Assembly (NCBI GenBank): GCA_018221105.1
Contig: JAAOYA010000005.1
Span: 50,950 to 70,949, forward strand
From: Candidatus Woesearchaeota archaeon
GTDB lineage: Archaea; Nanobdellota; Nanobdellia; Woesearchaeales; JAAOYA01
Reading direction: 5' to 3'
DNA: 20,000 bases
The notes under the pieces are model-generated. The model saw nothing but the letters and a program-made list of their open reading frames with translations, made no database searches and had not been told where the DNA came from. Both the position numbers and the translations under genes were made by a program. Positions 1-8,133 of this stretch are shown here, one piece after another (position 1 is the first letter of the stretch; each line of letters begins with the position of its first letter).

Positions 1-279
1 CCTTTCAATGGCATTGTTACAAAACTGCTACGTAATTACGTGGTAGTTCACTGTAATAGCATCCAAGGAACTTCTGTTACTGTTTCACTAACTTCCGAAA
101 GTTGGGATGGTGGAGAAGGAGGTTATCCTACTAAAGCAGGCCAGCCTGTTGTTGTCCGAAATGTTCTTATTCATAAAAAAGGAGCACGGGCAAAAAACGC
201 CAGAGTAGTCTGTCAGTAAAGAACACAGCAAACAGCAAGCAATAACGTTTTTTCTAGCAAACAGCAAAGGAGCAAGAAA

Positions 280-696
280 ATGCCAAGCAAAACAGCAAAC
301 ACTATGACGCCTATTGAAGCAGTATTCGAAGACATCATGCATTTTGCAGAAGAAAAAAGGGGCGAGGGAAATTTTTCAGGATTGTTAATGCAAACCTGGA
401 AAAATAAAGTCGTAAGTTCTGGTCTAATATCATCATCAAAAGACCAAGAATATCTCAACCCTCTTGTTGACTTATTCTTAGGAGATCTGCCATCAGATTT
501 TCTGGATCGGGTGTGGAATGACTTGGAGAACCATGATCTGTCAACAAAAAACCTTTTGATGATATCCAGAAACTGTACATGCTTGAAAGTTTGCAAGGCG
601 GCAACTAATCTTTTGTGCTTTCGCAAAGGAAAAGGTTTGCTGTCAGAATCTGAGCTTCAAGAGTTGGAACTTGTTGAATTTCTTCAACGAGAATAA
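280..696 (+). CDS. Hypothetical helical protein (138 aa), paralogous to the next ORF
   Basis: AAGGAG SD at 267-272 before the ATG; shares a WNxL...LLxISxxC...V..AA motif with ORF 799-1488. Confidence 0.7.
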   Translation: MPSKTANTMTPIEAVFEDIMHFAEEKRGEGNFSGLLMQTWKNKVVSSGLISSSKDQEYLNPLVDLFLGDLPSDFLDRVWNDLENHDLSTKNLLMISRNCTCLKVCKAATNLLCFRKGKGLLSESELQELELVEFLQRE

Positions 697-798
697 CTTA
701 AGATAAAAAAATTGAAACTCGTTCTAGCTCATAAAAATATACTATTTACAACTTGCAATTCGCGAATTTAAAATATTGTTATAAGGAGGGAGTGAACA

Positions 799-1488
799 AT
801 GCAAAAAGTATTCTTGGAAGATAGAATCCGTCATATGTTGGAAAACTGCGAGTTAAGAAAAAACTTTTCGCGGTTGACTAAGATGCTTAATACTCTGATC
901 TCAAAACCTGGAGCGCTTTTGGGATTGCAGACCAATCCTACAGAGCTGCTCAAAGATCAAAGTATTCCTGCAGCGGTGCGCGCCAAACTCTTAGAAGTTG
1001 TTGGCGGGCGTCATGTGATGGCCTTGCTTAAACTTGGGGGGCTTTGTGCGGAGGCAAAACTTATTAAGTGGAACTCTTTGAGTGTTGACTTTTCACAACT
1101 CTCAAACCAGTCACTGCTTTTAATCAGCAAGTACTGTGATGTGAGCAGTGTTCGACTGGCAGCCTTTCGAAAATTTCATTATAGGAGGGCTTGCGAGTAT
1201 CAGGTTATCAAAAGTGAAGTGGATTATTATTACGAGTTGTTTGAAGAGTTTCTCACATGCCAAGATTATAGTGATGATACAATTATAGAATTGTGGAATT
1301 TTTTGACGCATTTTACCAGTGATCCTGAAAATTCCCTACTATTGTCAATTCACGAATCCTGTCCTGTCAAAACGATTAGGGATTGGGCCGGTCAGAAACT
1401 TGTGGTTCGTCGGCGTCAAGAAAGACTGGGAAGATATGAAAGGGCACAGTTTGCAGAGCAAACCCTTCTAGCTCTTGTCCAGTCATAA
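799..1488 (+). CDS. Hypothetical protein (229 aa) with two copies of a WNxL...LLxIxxxC repeat
   Basis: Long ORF, AAGGAGG SD at 783-789, internal repeat visible in the translation. Confidence 0.75.
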   Translation: MQKVFLEDRIRHMLENCELRKNFSRLTKMLNTLISKPGALLGLQTNPTELLKDQSIPAAVRAKLLEVVGGRHVMALLKLGGLCAEAKLIKWNSLSVDFSQLSNQSLLLISKYCDVSSVRLAAFRKFHYRRACEYQVIKSEVDYYYELFEEFLTCQDYSDDTIIELWNFLTHFTSDPENSLLLSIHESCPVKTIRDWAGQKLVVRRRQERLGRYERAQFAEQTLLALVQS

Positions 1489-1532
1489 AAAGAGAGCTGT
1501 CAACAGCTGTTTTTTGAAAGGAGTCATGTTTT

Positions 1533-1670
1533 ATGACGCGCAAAAATCGAGAGTCCACTGCAACTCGCAAGTCCAAAGGTCATCGTCCAACAGCACGCAA
1601 CAGGATGGCGCATAGAACCACCCAACATTCACGTGGTAGACGCCGTAAACCTGTAGACAATAACAGCTAG
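1533..1670 (+). CDS. Very basic 45-aa peptide (MTRKNRESTATRKSKGHRPTARNRMAHRTTQHSRGRRRKPVDNNS)
   Basis: Below the ORF-track cutoff; AAGGAG SD at 1518-1523; 15 of 45 residues are K/R; followed by a strong hairpin. Confidence 0.5.
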   Translation: MTRKNRESTATRKSKGHRPTARNRMAHRTTQHSRGRRRKPVDNNS

Positions 1671-1698
1671 AAGCTGTTAAGGGTTTACCCCCGCAAAA

Positions 1699-1739
1699 GC
1701 GAAGCGCGCCTCAACCTAAAAAATTGGGGCGTGCTTCGC
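1699..1739 (+). terminator. 16-bp hairpin after the basic peptide ORF
   Basis: GCGAAGCGCGCCTCAA / TTGGGGCGTGCTTCGC with G·T pairs; no U-tract directly after it, so the function is uncertain. Confidence 0.4.
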
Positions 1740-1743
1740 ACCT

Positions 1744-1783
1744 AACTTTGAAAACACGAAAGCAACAGCTTTTTTTTCAAATA
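1744..1783 (+). promoter_or_regulatory. Conserved 40-bp upstream element, copy 1
   Basis: 34/40 identical to 3781-3820; in both copies the next ATG lies 38 nt after the last base. Confidence 0.55.
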
Positions 1784-1820
1784 TCAAAAAAAATTTATTA
1801 AAATAAAGGAGGGTTTTGTT

Positions 1821-2240
1821 ATGTTATCATTTATTGAAACAGCAAATTCTATTCTACCTATTTATCTTATGGTAACGACTGTTTTTTTGATGGCTTGTTG
1901 TGCTGTCATCATGAGTCGGCATTACCAAAGCAAGTTACAAAAGTGTTTTGCTGTCAGCGTCGGTCTTGCCATGGGAATATTAGCATTGCTTGGCGGAATG
2001 TTATCTGTTGATCAATTAATGGTAAGCAATCCGCCAATACCTCACGAGGTTCAATCTTTAGGGTTTTCAGATGCCCAAGAAGGTATCTTGTACGTTGTCT
2101 TTGTCAGAGTAAACAATGGCGTACCTTACCGGGCTGGTCCAATGCTAAAAGCAAAGGATCTTAGCGCAACACAAAAACCAAAGACTGCCATTAAACCTTC
2201 ATCGAAAACTCCTATAATAGTTCGTGGCAGTCCAGGATAA
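1821..2240 (+). CDS. Hypothetical membrane protein (2 N-terminal TM segments)
   Basis: AAGGAGGG SD; hydrophobic segments followed by a soluble K/P-rich tail. Confidence 0.7.
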   Translation: MLSFIETANSILPIYLMVTTVFLMACCAVIMSRHYQSKLQKCFAVSVGLAMGILALLGGMLSVDQLMVSNPPIPHEVQSLGFSDAQEGILYVVFVRVNNGVPYRAGPMLKAKDLSATQKPKTAIKPSSKTPIIVRGSPG

Positions 2241-2254
2241 AAGGAGGTTATACA

Positions 2255-2470
2255 ATGGAACGGGTAATTGTTAGCCTGATTCTTATCGTTATTGGCGGAT
2301 TGTTAGTTTACAAAAACTTCGACTATATGAGGGCTCCCTTTCTTGTCTTTGATGGTCATGCGGGCCCTATTGATCTATTTTATAGCTTCTTGTTTTATGC
2401 TGGATTCACTATGCTATTTGGTGGCGCAGCCATAGGGGCTGTAGCAATGTTTCATGCAATTCCAAAATAA
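2255..2470 (+). CDS. Small membrane protein (71 aa, 2 TM)
   Basis: AAGGAGGT SD at 2241-2248; two hydrophobic helices. Confidence 0.7.
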   Translation: MERVIVSLILIVIGGLLVYKNFDYMRAPFLVFDGHAGPIDLFYSFLFYAGFTMLFGGAAIGAVAMFHAIPK

Positions 2471-2482
2471 AAGGAGGGTGTG

Positions 2483-2809
2483 ATGCTATGGTCAGGGTAC
2501 TTTTTTAGTCTGTTTCTCATCTTCATAGGCATACAAACCGCGAGAGCTTACAAATCCTACGCTCGTACACCAATTTTCGAGGCCAAAATCTTTGAAATAA
2601 AAGGTTGGTCAGTGTTTTGGTTTGTTGGTGGCGGACTCACAACTTGGGGCGTTATAGGCCTTTGGTTTCCAACATTTCAGGCCATGGCATACATTGCAAT
2701 AGTAGGATTGGGTGTTTTTGCAGGCATCATGATCGCGTCTCGTAATCAACACCGAGCAAAACATAAGCTTCGTCGCCAAGCAAAACAAAACCAGCAAATG
2801 GAGGGTTGA
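2483..2809 (+). CDS. Small membrane protein (about 3 TM, basic C-tail)
   Basis: AAGGAGGG SD at 2471-2478 favours ATG 2483 over GTG 2480. Confidence 0.7.
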   Translation: MLWSGYFFSLFLIFIGIQTARAYKSYARTPIFEAKIFEIKGWSVFWFVGGGLTTWGVIGLWFPTFQAMAYIAIVGLGVFAGIMIASRNQHRAKHKLRRQAKQNQQMEG

Positions 2810-2812
2810 GTT

Positions 2813-3019
2813 ATGGAAAAACTTGGTGCTAACGGAATTTTAGGACTGCTTACTTTCATAATTTTTGGTATTTTGTTTTTCTTGCCAAAAAAACCTTCAA
2901 CCCCTGACTGGGCACTCTGGGTTATTGGCGCGATAGCATTAATGGGGCTTGTGTTTTGCATCGACCCATTAATCAAAACATTCTTTCCAGGATGGCACAA
3001 AAGAATAACAGGCGAGTAA
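2813..3019 (+). CDS. Small membrane protein (68 aa, 2 TM)
   Basis: GGAGGG SD inside the end of the previous ORF; 3-nt gap. Confidence 0.65.
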   Translation: MEKLGANGILGLLTFIIFGILFFLPKKPSTPDWALWVIGAIALMGLVFCIDPLIKTFFPGWHKRITGE

Positions 3020-3043
3020 AAAAAAAGAAATGGAGGGGAGACT

Positions 3044-3238
3044 ATGGAAAGCAAACTGGTACAAGCACTGTTTCTTTTGGTAGTGGGAGTGGTGTTTTTT
3101 GTTGGCCTGCTCTTTGAAGAAAACATCAAAAAGTTTTTCAGGCGCGCACGCGACATTATAAGCGTGTTGTCGGTTCTACCGTTTATTCGCCTTTTTCGAG
3201 AAGATCCTGATGATCGTTGTGAATATGAAGAAGGATAA
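3044..3238 (+). CDS. Small membrane protein (64 aa)
   Basis: GGAGGGG SD; N-terminal TM helix, acidic C-terminus. Confidence 0.6.
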   Translation: MESKLVQALFLLVVGVVFFVGLLFEENIKKFFRRARDIISVLSVLPFIRLFREDPDDRCEYEEG

Positions 3239-3254
3239 AAAGGAGGGGAGTGTC

Positions 3255-3530
3255 ATGCAAAAGTTTCGTATTCTAAAGAGGATTTTACTTGGATTGTGGG
3301 AGCTAACAGTTATCGTTTGGTGGACCTTCGTATTCGTAGTGCTGTTCATTTGCGGGGCTTACGAGTATGACGACTGCCCAAGATCTCAAAAAAGACTTCT
3401 AACAAAAGGAGGTGTTAAATTTGTTTTCAGACAATATTTTAATCACAGCTTTAATACATCTTTTCATAATATTTATTGGCGTAGTTATGTGTCGGGGTAC
3501 AATAAAAGAGTCTCCTTACACTGGCTATAA
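3255..3530 (+). CDS. Small membrane protein (MQKFRILKRILLGLW...)
   Basis: AAGGAGGGG SD at 3240-3248 points to ATG 3255; the 3' part overlaps the next ORF by 110 nt. Confidence 0.5.
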   Translation: MQKFRILKRILLGLWELTVIVWWTFVFVVLFICGAYEYDDCPRSQKRLLTKGGVKFVFRQYFNHSFNTSFHNIYWRSYVSGYNKRVSLHWL

Positions 3531-3738
3531 AACACCTTTTACTTTAGGCGTGTTCTGCAGCGCTGGTTTGTTTAGCTTTTCAATAATGGCTATGGCTATT
3601 AGTACTGCCAAACCACTTCCTACTTTCACGGCTTTTTTCTGGTTGACAGAGTGCTACATCCTTGGCTTGATAATAACTATTACACTCTACATATTTTTTC
3701 TCAAGTTAGAACAAAAAAATAATGCTTCATCACTCTAA
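3421..3738 (+). CDS. Small membrane protein (about 3 TM), TTG start
   Basis: AAGGAGG SD at about 3406-3412 favours TTG 3421; three hydrophobic segments. Confidence 0.65.
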   Translation: MFSDNILITALIHLFIIFIGVVMCRGTIKESPYTGYKTPFTLGVFCSAGLFSFSIMAMAISTAKPLPTFTAFFWLTECYILGLIITITLYIFFLKLEQKNNASSL

Positions 3739-3780
3739 TTTTATGAGCGCACTCACAAAACAGCGTGTGCTGCGCTCTCC

Positions 3781-3820
3781 AACTTTGAAAATTCAAAAGC
3801 AAATGCTTTTTTTACAAATA
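3781..3820 (+). promoter_or_regulatory. Conserved 40-bp upstream element, copy 2
   Basis: 34/40 identical to 1744-1783; also preceded by a GC-rich hairpin (GAGCGCA 3745-3751 / TGCGCTC 3771-3777). Confidence 0.55.
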
Positions 3821-3857
3821 AAAAATAATAATTACACTTTTTATGGAGGGTAAAATC

Positions 3858-4109
3858 ATGAATAATTTTATTATTGGACAATTTGCAGTATCAGTTATTT
3901 TGATGTTTACAATGGCATTTTCATTAAAAAGTGAAAGGGGAGGACCAGAAGATAGTGTTCTAAGCGTTTGTGGCATCGTATGGCTTGTCGCACTAGTGAC
4001 GGGTGTTGGCGCAATGTTCATTTTTAAAGACCCTTCTCTTCTTATAATTTCAACAATTGTTTGTGCCTTCCTGCCTGTTATGCCAATAATAGTTGGCGAA
4101 GGAGCGTAA
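3858..4109 (+). CDS. Small membrane protein (about 3 TM)
   Basis: GGAGGG SD at 3846-3851 favours ATG 3858 over 3843. Confidence 0.65.
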   Translation: MNNFIIGQFAVSVILMFTMAFSLKSERGGPEDSVLSVCGIVWLVALVTGVGAMFIFKDPSLLIISTIVCAFLPVMPIIVGEGA

Positions 4110-4152
4110 AACTGACTAGAACCAATAACCATTTTTTGTGGGGGTGTTACCT

Positions 4153-4279
4153 ATGGCTAGAGGGAAAAAAGGGGTGGCCTGGAAGACCTAAAAAGTGTTC
4201 TAATGAGCCAGGCTCTAAGGCGTGCAAGAAAACGCGCAAAAACAATGGGATGTATTGCGTTAATTGCGCTTACGCATAA
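4153..4279 (+). pseudogene. Frameshifted small basic Cys4 peptide (reconstructed MARGKKGWPGRPKKCSNEPGSKACKKTRKNNGMYCVNCAYA)
   Basis: GGGGGTG SD then ATG 4153, which stops after 12 aa; removing one base from the A6/G4 run joins it to the +1 frame ending at 4279. Confidence 0.4.
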
Positions 4280-4294
4280 GGGAGGTATTATATT

Positions 4295-4564
4295 ATGGGA
4301 TTAATTATTCGATTATTGGCTTTGGCTGCATTGTTACTCGTCATGCTTGTCGCTCCCGCCAGCAACCTATTACTTTTGTACTTGACAGCCAACATTCTAA
4401 TAGAAAAAAGCCAGTATGCCATCATATTAATACCTGGCAGTCTATCATGCTTTCTTTTCTTAAACGCTCGGCTGTCACACGATGAGTTTTGGGATTGTTG
4501 GAGGCCAAAAAGCATAAGTGCTTATATTAAAGTGCTCAAGTATGTCAGGGTAAAAGTCAAATAA
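4295..4564 (+). CDS. Small membrane protein (89 aa)
   Basis: GGGAGGT SD; long hydrophobic N-terminal half. Confidence 0.65.
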   Translation: MGLIIRLLALAALLLVMLVAPASNLLLLYLTANILIEKSQYAIILIPGSLSCFLFLNARLSHDEFWDCWRPKSISAYIKVLKYVRVKVK

Positions 4565-4596
4565 TAATCCTTAGATTTTAATGATGGGGGTGAATT

Positions 4597-4779
4597 ATGA
4601 CGTTTAAAGATTTAATTGCAGGCTTTTTACTGGCAACACTTTTCTGGGCTGCTGCGGAACTTGCAGTTTTGGGTTATTGTATCGATGTTGGAGTGATCAC
4701 CATAGAACAAGAGTCATCACAACCTTCAAAGCAAGAAGACACCATCAAAGCGTTGCCAAGTCAACTAAAACTCGTTTAA
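4597..4779 (+). CDS. Small single-TM protein (60 aa)
   Basis: GGGGGTGA SD; N-terminal hydrophobic helix. Confidence 0.6.
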   Translation: MTFKDLIAGFLLATLFWAAAELAVLGYCIDVGVITIEQESSQPSKQEDTIKALPSQLKLV

Positions 4780-4795
4780 AAGAAAGGACTTTGTT

Positions 4796-5137
4796 ATGAA
4801 GGAATTGTTAATCATTCAAACAGCATCCTTTGCTTGTGCGTGGATATTTTTTGCTTTTCTGGTTTTCGGCTCTTTTAGCCCTGTCAACTATTATGAAGAA
4901 GAAGAGGTAAGCTTGGCAAGGCGAATAACCTGGCTTGCTGGCTGCTTTCTAACTTCTGCCGGTTTATTTATCGGGGCCATTTTATCACTTATCATTGGCA
5001 TCGGGCTCGTCTATACACCCTACAACTACGTTGTGGGTTATGAACTTTTTACCAGTGTGATGCTTTTTAGTGCTATCGTGTGGTTTTTGGGTATTCAACC
5101 AGATCCTATCGATCAGCTAAGGCCTTTTCACTATTAA
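4796..5137 (+). CDS. Small membrane protein (113 aa, about 3 TM)
   Basis: AAAGGA SD; three hydrophobic segments. Confidence 0.7.
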   Translation: MKELLIIQTASFACAWIFFAFLVFGSFSPVNYYEEEEVSLARRITWLAGCFLTSAGLFIGAILSLIIGIGLVYTPYNYVVGYELFTSVMLFSAIVWFLGIQPDPIDQLRPFHY

Positions 5138-5171
5138 CAACTCACTTTTGTGAGAGAAAGGAAAAAAAGCC

Positions 5172-5315
5172 ATGAGCCAGGGTCTTGAGAACCATGTCTT
5201 TGATAAGTTGAAGTGCACCCTAGACTGTTGCGGATTATCAGATGAGGGGAAAAAGCGTGTAGCAGAGTTGTTAGTAATTACATTTTCCAGAGCTACTAAA
5301 CAAAATCAAGAATAA
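5172..5315 (+). CDS. Small hypothetical protein (47 aa, MSQGLENHVFDKLKCTLDCCG...)
   Basis: AAAGGA SD; the stop lies just before the terminator at 5328. Confidence 0.5.
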   Translation: MSQGLENHVFDKLKCTLDCCGLSDEGKKRVAELLVITFSRATKQNQE

Positions 5316-5327
5316 TCTATCGATAAA

Positions 5328-5385
5328 AAGAAGCTTTGTATGTTTGGCTTCTTTTTTCGTTTTTTGTTTTCTATATTGAAAATAA
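5328..5385 (+). terminator. Hairpin plus U-tract terminator and TTTTCTATATTGAAAATAA motif (copy 1)
   Basis: AAGAAGC...GCTTCTT stem then a T-run; near-identical module at 12753-12812. Confidence 0.65.
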
Positions 5386-5479
5386 AAACATTCAAAAATC
5401 GGTTTTTGTGCGGAAGAAGTTGGAATACCATGAAAAAACATCGAATCGGTTTATTACTGTTTGGTTGTAAACGCGTTAG

Positions 5480-5490
5480 TTTTATATATT
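5480..5490 (+). promoter_or_regulatory. Putative archaeal TATA box for the 5533/5898 operon
   Basis: TTTTATATA about 45 nt upstream of ATG 5533; GAGGT SD at 5519-5523. Confidence 0.45.
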
Positions 5491-5532
5491 ATAAGCTCTT
5501 ACTAATAACAAAACACTAGAGGTAATAGCAAA

Positions 5533-5892
5533 ATGACCGACATCTTAAAAGACATTCAAGAAGCTAAAACAATCACATTAAAAGAATTAATCGGCGAAAT
5601 CAACACATTAGTAAGTGAAAGACAACATCTCTCGAAAACATTACTTGATGAAATAGAAAAGATTTCTATGGCTGTCAACAGCGTATTAGTAAACGCTCGC
5701 GCAGTGCAGCCAACACCAGAACACTTAAAACTTGAACAAAAAAAAATCGAGCTAGAAGAACTTAAACTGCAAGAAAAACTCAATTGTTGGCGCGACATAG
5801 CACTATTAAAACGCGAACTACGCGAGGCCAGCAAAGAATTTAGGGGAGCTGAAAGTCGCTCACAATTAATTGACAGCCTATTAGAAAAATAA
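5533..5892 (+). CDS. Coiled-coil protein (119 aa)
   Basis: Heptad-rich L/E/K sequence; SD present; 5-nt gap to the ATPase gene. Confidence 0.8.
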   Translation: MTDILKDIQEAKTITLKELIGEINTLVSERQHLSKTLLDEIEKISMAVNSVLVNARAVQPTPEHLKLEQKKIELEELKLQEKLNCWRDIALLKRELREASKEFRGAESRSQLIDSLLEK

Positions 5893-5897
5893 GCACG

Positions 5898-7844
5898 ATG
5901 CAATCAAGCCTAACAGTCGAAGAACTATGTCGAAAACTAAAACCTGTTTTTGGCGACAAAATAGACAAGTTATACCTAAAGTATTCTTTAAGCGTTGATC
6001 GTGAAGAGCGCACAGAAATAGAACAAGCATTAAACGCGTTATATCACAAGCACATCAACGAAGAGATGATAACAGAAAAAGTACTTCTTGAACCCCCTTC
6101 TAAGGACATCAGTGACGGCCAATACCCTTTAGGCGTCATTCATTACGCCAAAAAAAACTTGTACCCCTTTTATCTGCGAGAAAAAGATTGGGTTCGACAC
6201 GTTTGCGTCAGTGGAATGAGCGGCAGTGGAAAAACAACATTCGCCTATAATGTGTTAGGGGCTTTCGTGCTAAAAAAGAAACCATTCATAGTTTTCGATT
6301 GGAAAAAAAGTTTTAGGCCACTACTAAAAACAAATGAAAAAATGCTATTTTTTACTGTAGGCAACGAACGAGTAACAAATTTTTTCAAACTAAACATTAA
6401 CAAACCACCAACAGGTGTTGGACCAAAAGAATGGATAGGAATACTTTGTGACATCATCAACGAAAGCTACTTTGCAAACTTTGGAGTTCATAAGATATTA
6501 TCAGAAACACTCGATCAAGCATTCACAGATTTTGGAATATACAAAGGCAGTGAAAACTATCCAACATGGCTACAAATAAAAGATCGCTTAGAAGAAAAAG
6601 CCAACAACACAAAAGGCCGGCCAAACCGTGAAAACGAATGGTTAGCTTCGGCGTTAAGGATAGCTCATTCACTAACTTTTGGCGCTTTTGGCGAGAGCAC
6701 AAGCTACAAAGGAAAAGATTTGATAGGTGTTGAAGACCTACTAACAAATCAAGTAGTCTTCGAACTAGACTCGCTCTCAACTAGTGAGAAAAAATTCTTT
6801 TGTGAATTCATTCTAACTTATATTTACAAAGCAAAAAAAAGCAATCCAAAAGCACTAACAAACACTTTTGAAAGCGCTATAATAGTAGACGAAGCACACA
6901 ACATATTCTTAAAAGAAAGACCATCATTTCTAACAGAAACAATCACAGACATGATCTATCGAGAACTACGAGAGTACGGCATAGGACTCATTTGTTTAGA
7001 CCAACACATAAGCAAACTATCAGAAGTCGTCGCTGGAAACAGCGCTTGCAACATAGCATTTCAGCAAATGCTACCACAAGACATAGAAACAGTCAGTGGC
7101 ATAATGCAATTAAAAGATCACAAAAAATACTTTTCAATGCTGCCAGTAGGAACAGCAATAGTAAAACTAGCAGAGCGTTATTACAGACCATTCTTAATCA
7201 AAGTACCGTTCATCGACATCAAAAAAAACAGATATTCGGACGAAGAACTAGAAAGTTTAATGAGCGAGCGAATGAAATTTGCTCGCAGAATGGTATTATT
7301 TGATCAAAGTGTAAAACCAGAAAAACTAGTAGAAAACACGAAAAAATTAGACGGAATACTAAAAAGTCAAGGCATCAAACCAACAAACGAATTCTTAGAG
7401 ACAGAAAGCAACACAATGCTAGCACAACAAAGCATAACACAAAAACCACTCACTTTTGAACTAGGTAATGACATGATAGGAAAAATAGTCGACAAAATAA
7501 GCCAAAATCCCATCAAAACAACACCAAAAGAACCAATAAGTGACGAATTAGAACTAGAAAATGATAACGTTTATAAATATCCTATCGACAATAGTATACT
7601 TACAAATAAAATATCAATAGAAGAAGAACTCTTCCTCTCAACCCTACAAGGTGAGACCGAAGGTCTTCCAACGACACTACTATACCAAAAACTAAACAGT
7701 CTATCAACACGCAAAGCCAACACGATAAAGAAAAAACTTATCGAACAAGGCAAGGTAGAAGAAGTGGTCGAAAAAACCGCGAGCGGTTGGAAGAAAAAAC
7801 TTTCACTAACCGAAATCGGAGTACAAATTCTAGAAAAACAATAG
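5898..7844 (+). CDS. HerA/FtsK/VirB4-superfamily P-loop ATPase (DUF87-like) with a probable C-terminal winged-helix domain
   Basis: HVCVSGMSGSGKT Walker A, FIVFDWK, IIVDEAH Walker B, RELREYGIGLICLDQ arginine-finger/Gln motif; C-terminal LIEQGKVEE...LSLTEIG resembles a wHTH. Confidence 0.85.
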   Translation: MQSSLTVEELCRKLKPVFGDKIDKLYLKYSLSVDREERTEIEQALNALYHKHINEEMITEKVLLEPPSKDISDGQYPLGVIHYAKKNLYPFYLREKDWVRHVCVSGMSGSGKTTFAYNVLGAFVLKKKPFIVFDWKKSFRPLLKTNEKMLFFTVGNERVTNFFKLNINKPPTGVGPKEWIGILCDIINESYFANFGVHKILSETLDQAFTDFGIYKGSENYPTWLQIKDRLEEKANNTKGRPNRENEWLASALRIAHSLTFGAFGESTSYKGKDLIGVEDLLTNQVVFELDSLSTSEKKFFCEFILTYIYKAKKSNPKALTNTFESAIIVDEAHNIFLKERPSFLTETITDMIYRELREYGIGLICLDQHISKLSEVVAGNSACNIAFQQMLPQDIETVSGIMQLKDHKKYFSMLPVGTAIVKLAERYYRPFLIKVPFIDIKKNRYSDEELESLMSERMKFARRMVLFDQSVKPEKLVENTKKLDGILKSQGIKPTNEFLETESNTMLAQQSITQKPLTFELGNDMIGKIVDKISQNPIKTTPKEPISDELELENDNVYKYPIDNSILTNKISIEEELFLSTLQGETEGLPTTLLYQKLNSLSTRKANTIKKKLIEQGKVEEVVEKTASGWKKKLSLTEIGVQILEKQ

Positions 7845-7918
7845 AACGCGCAAATTAAAAACATGCGGAAAACCTTGGAAAACGCTGAAAAACCCAAAAT
7901 TTGTTTTTGGAGGCAGTT

Positions 7919-8077
7919 ATGAAAAAAGAAGTGAAACAAATAAAATTCACCAAAGTATCACTAGAAGAAGCAAACAGGCGACTATCAGAATCAGCACAAA
8001 AAATGGCCGAAGCGCGAGAGCACAGCGAAAAAATAAATCGATTAACACCAGAAGACCTCGAAAAAATCTATTATTAA
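7919..8077 (+). CDS. Small helical protein (52 aa, MKKEVKQIKFTKVSLEEANRRLSESAQKMAEAREHSEKINRLTPEDLEKIYY)
   Basis: GGAGG SD at 7909-7913; codon style matches the upstream genes. Confidence 0.65.
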   Translation: MKKEVKQIKFTKVSLEEANRRLSESAQKMAEAREHSEKINRLTPEDLEKIYY

Positions 8078-8133
8078 TCAAATGTGAAAAGGAGCCTTCA
8101 CTTTTTTTCACCAAAACAAAAAGGAGGGAGGAA

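Noticed and set aside
227..300. AGCAAACAGCAA short repeats as a CRISPR array or iterons
   Set aside because: Too short, irregularly spaced and low in complexity; no cas genes.
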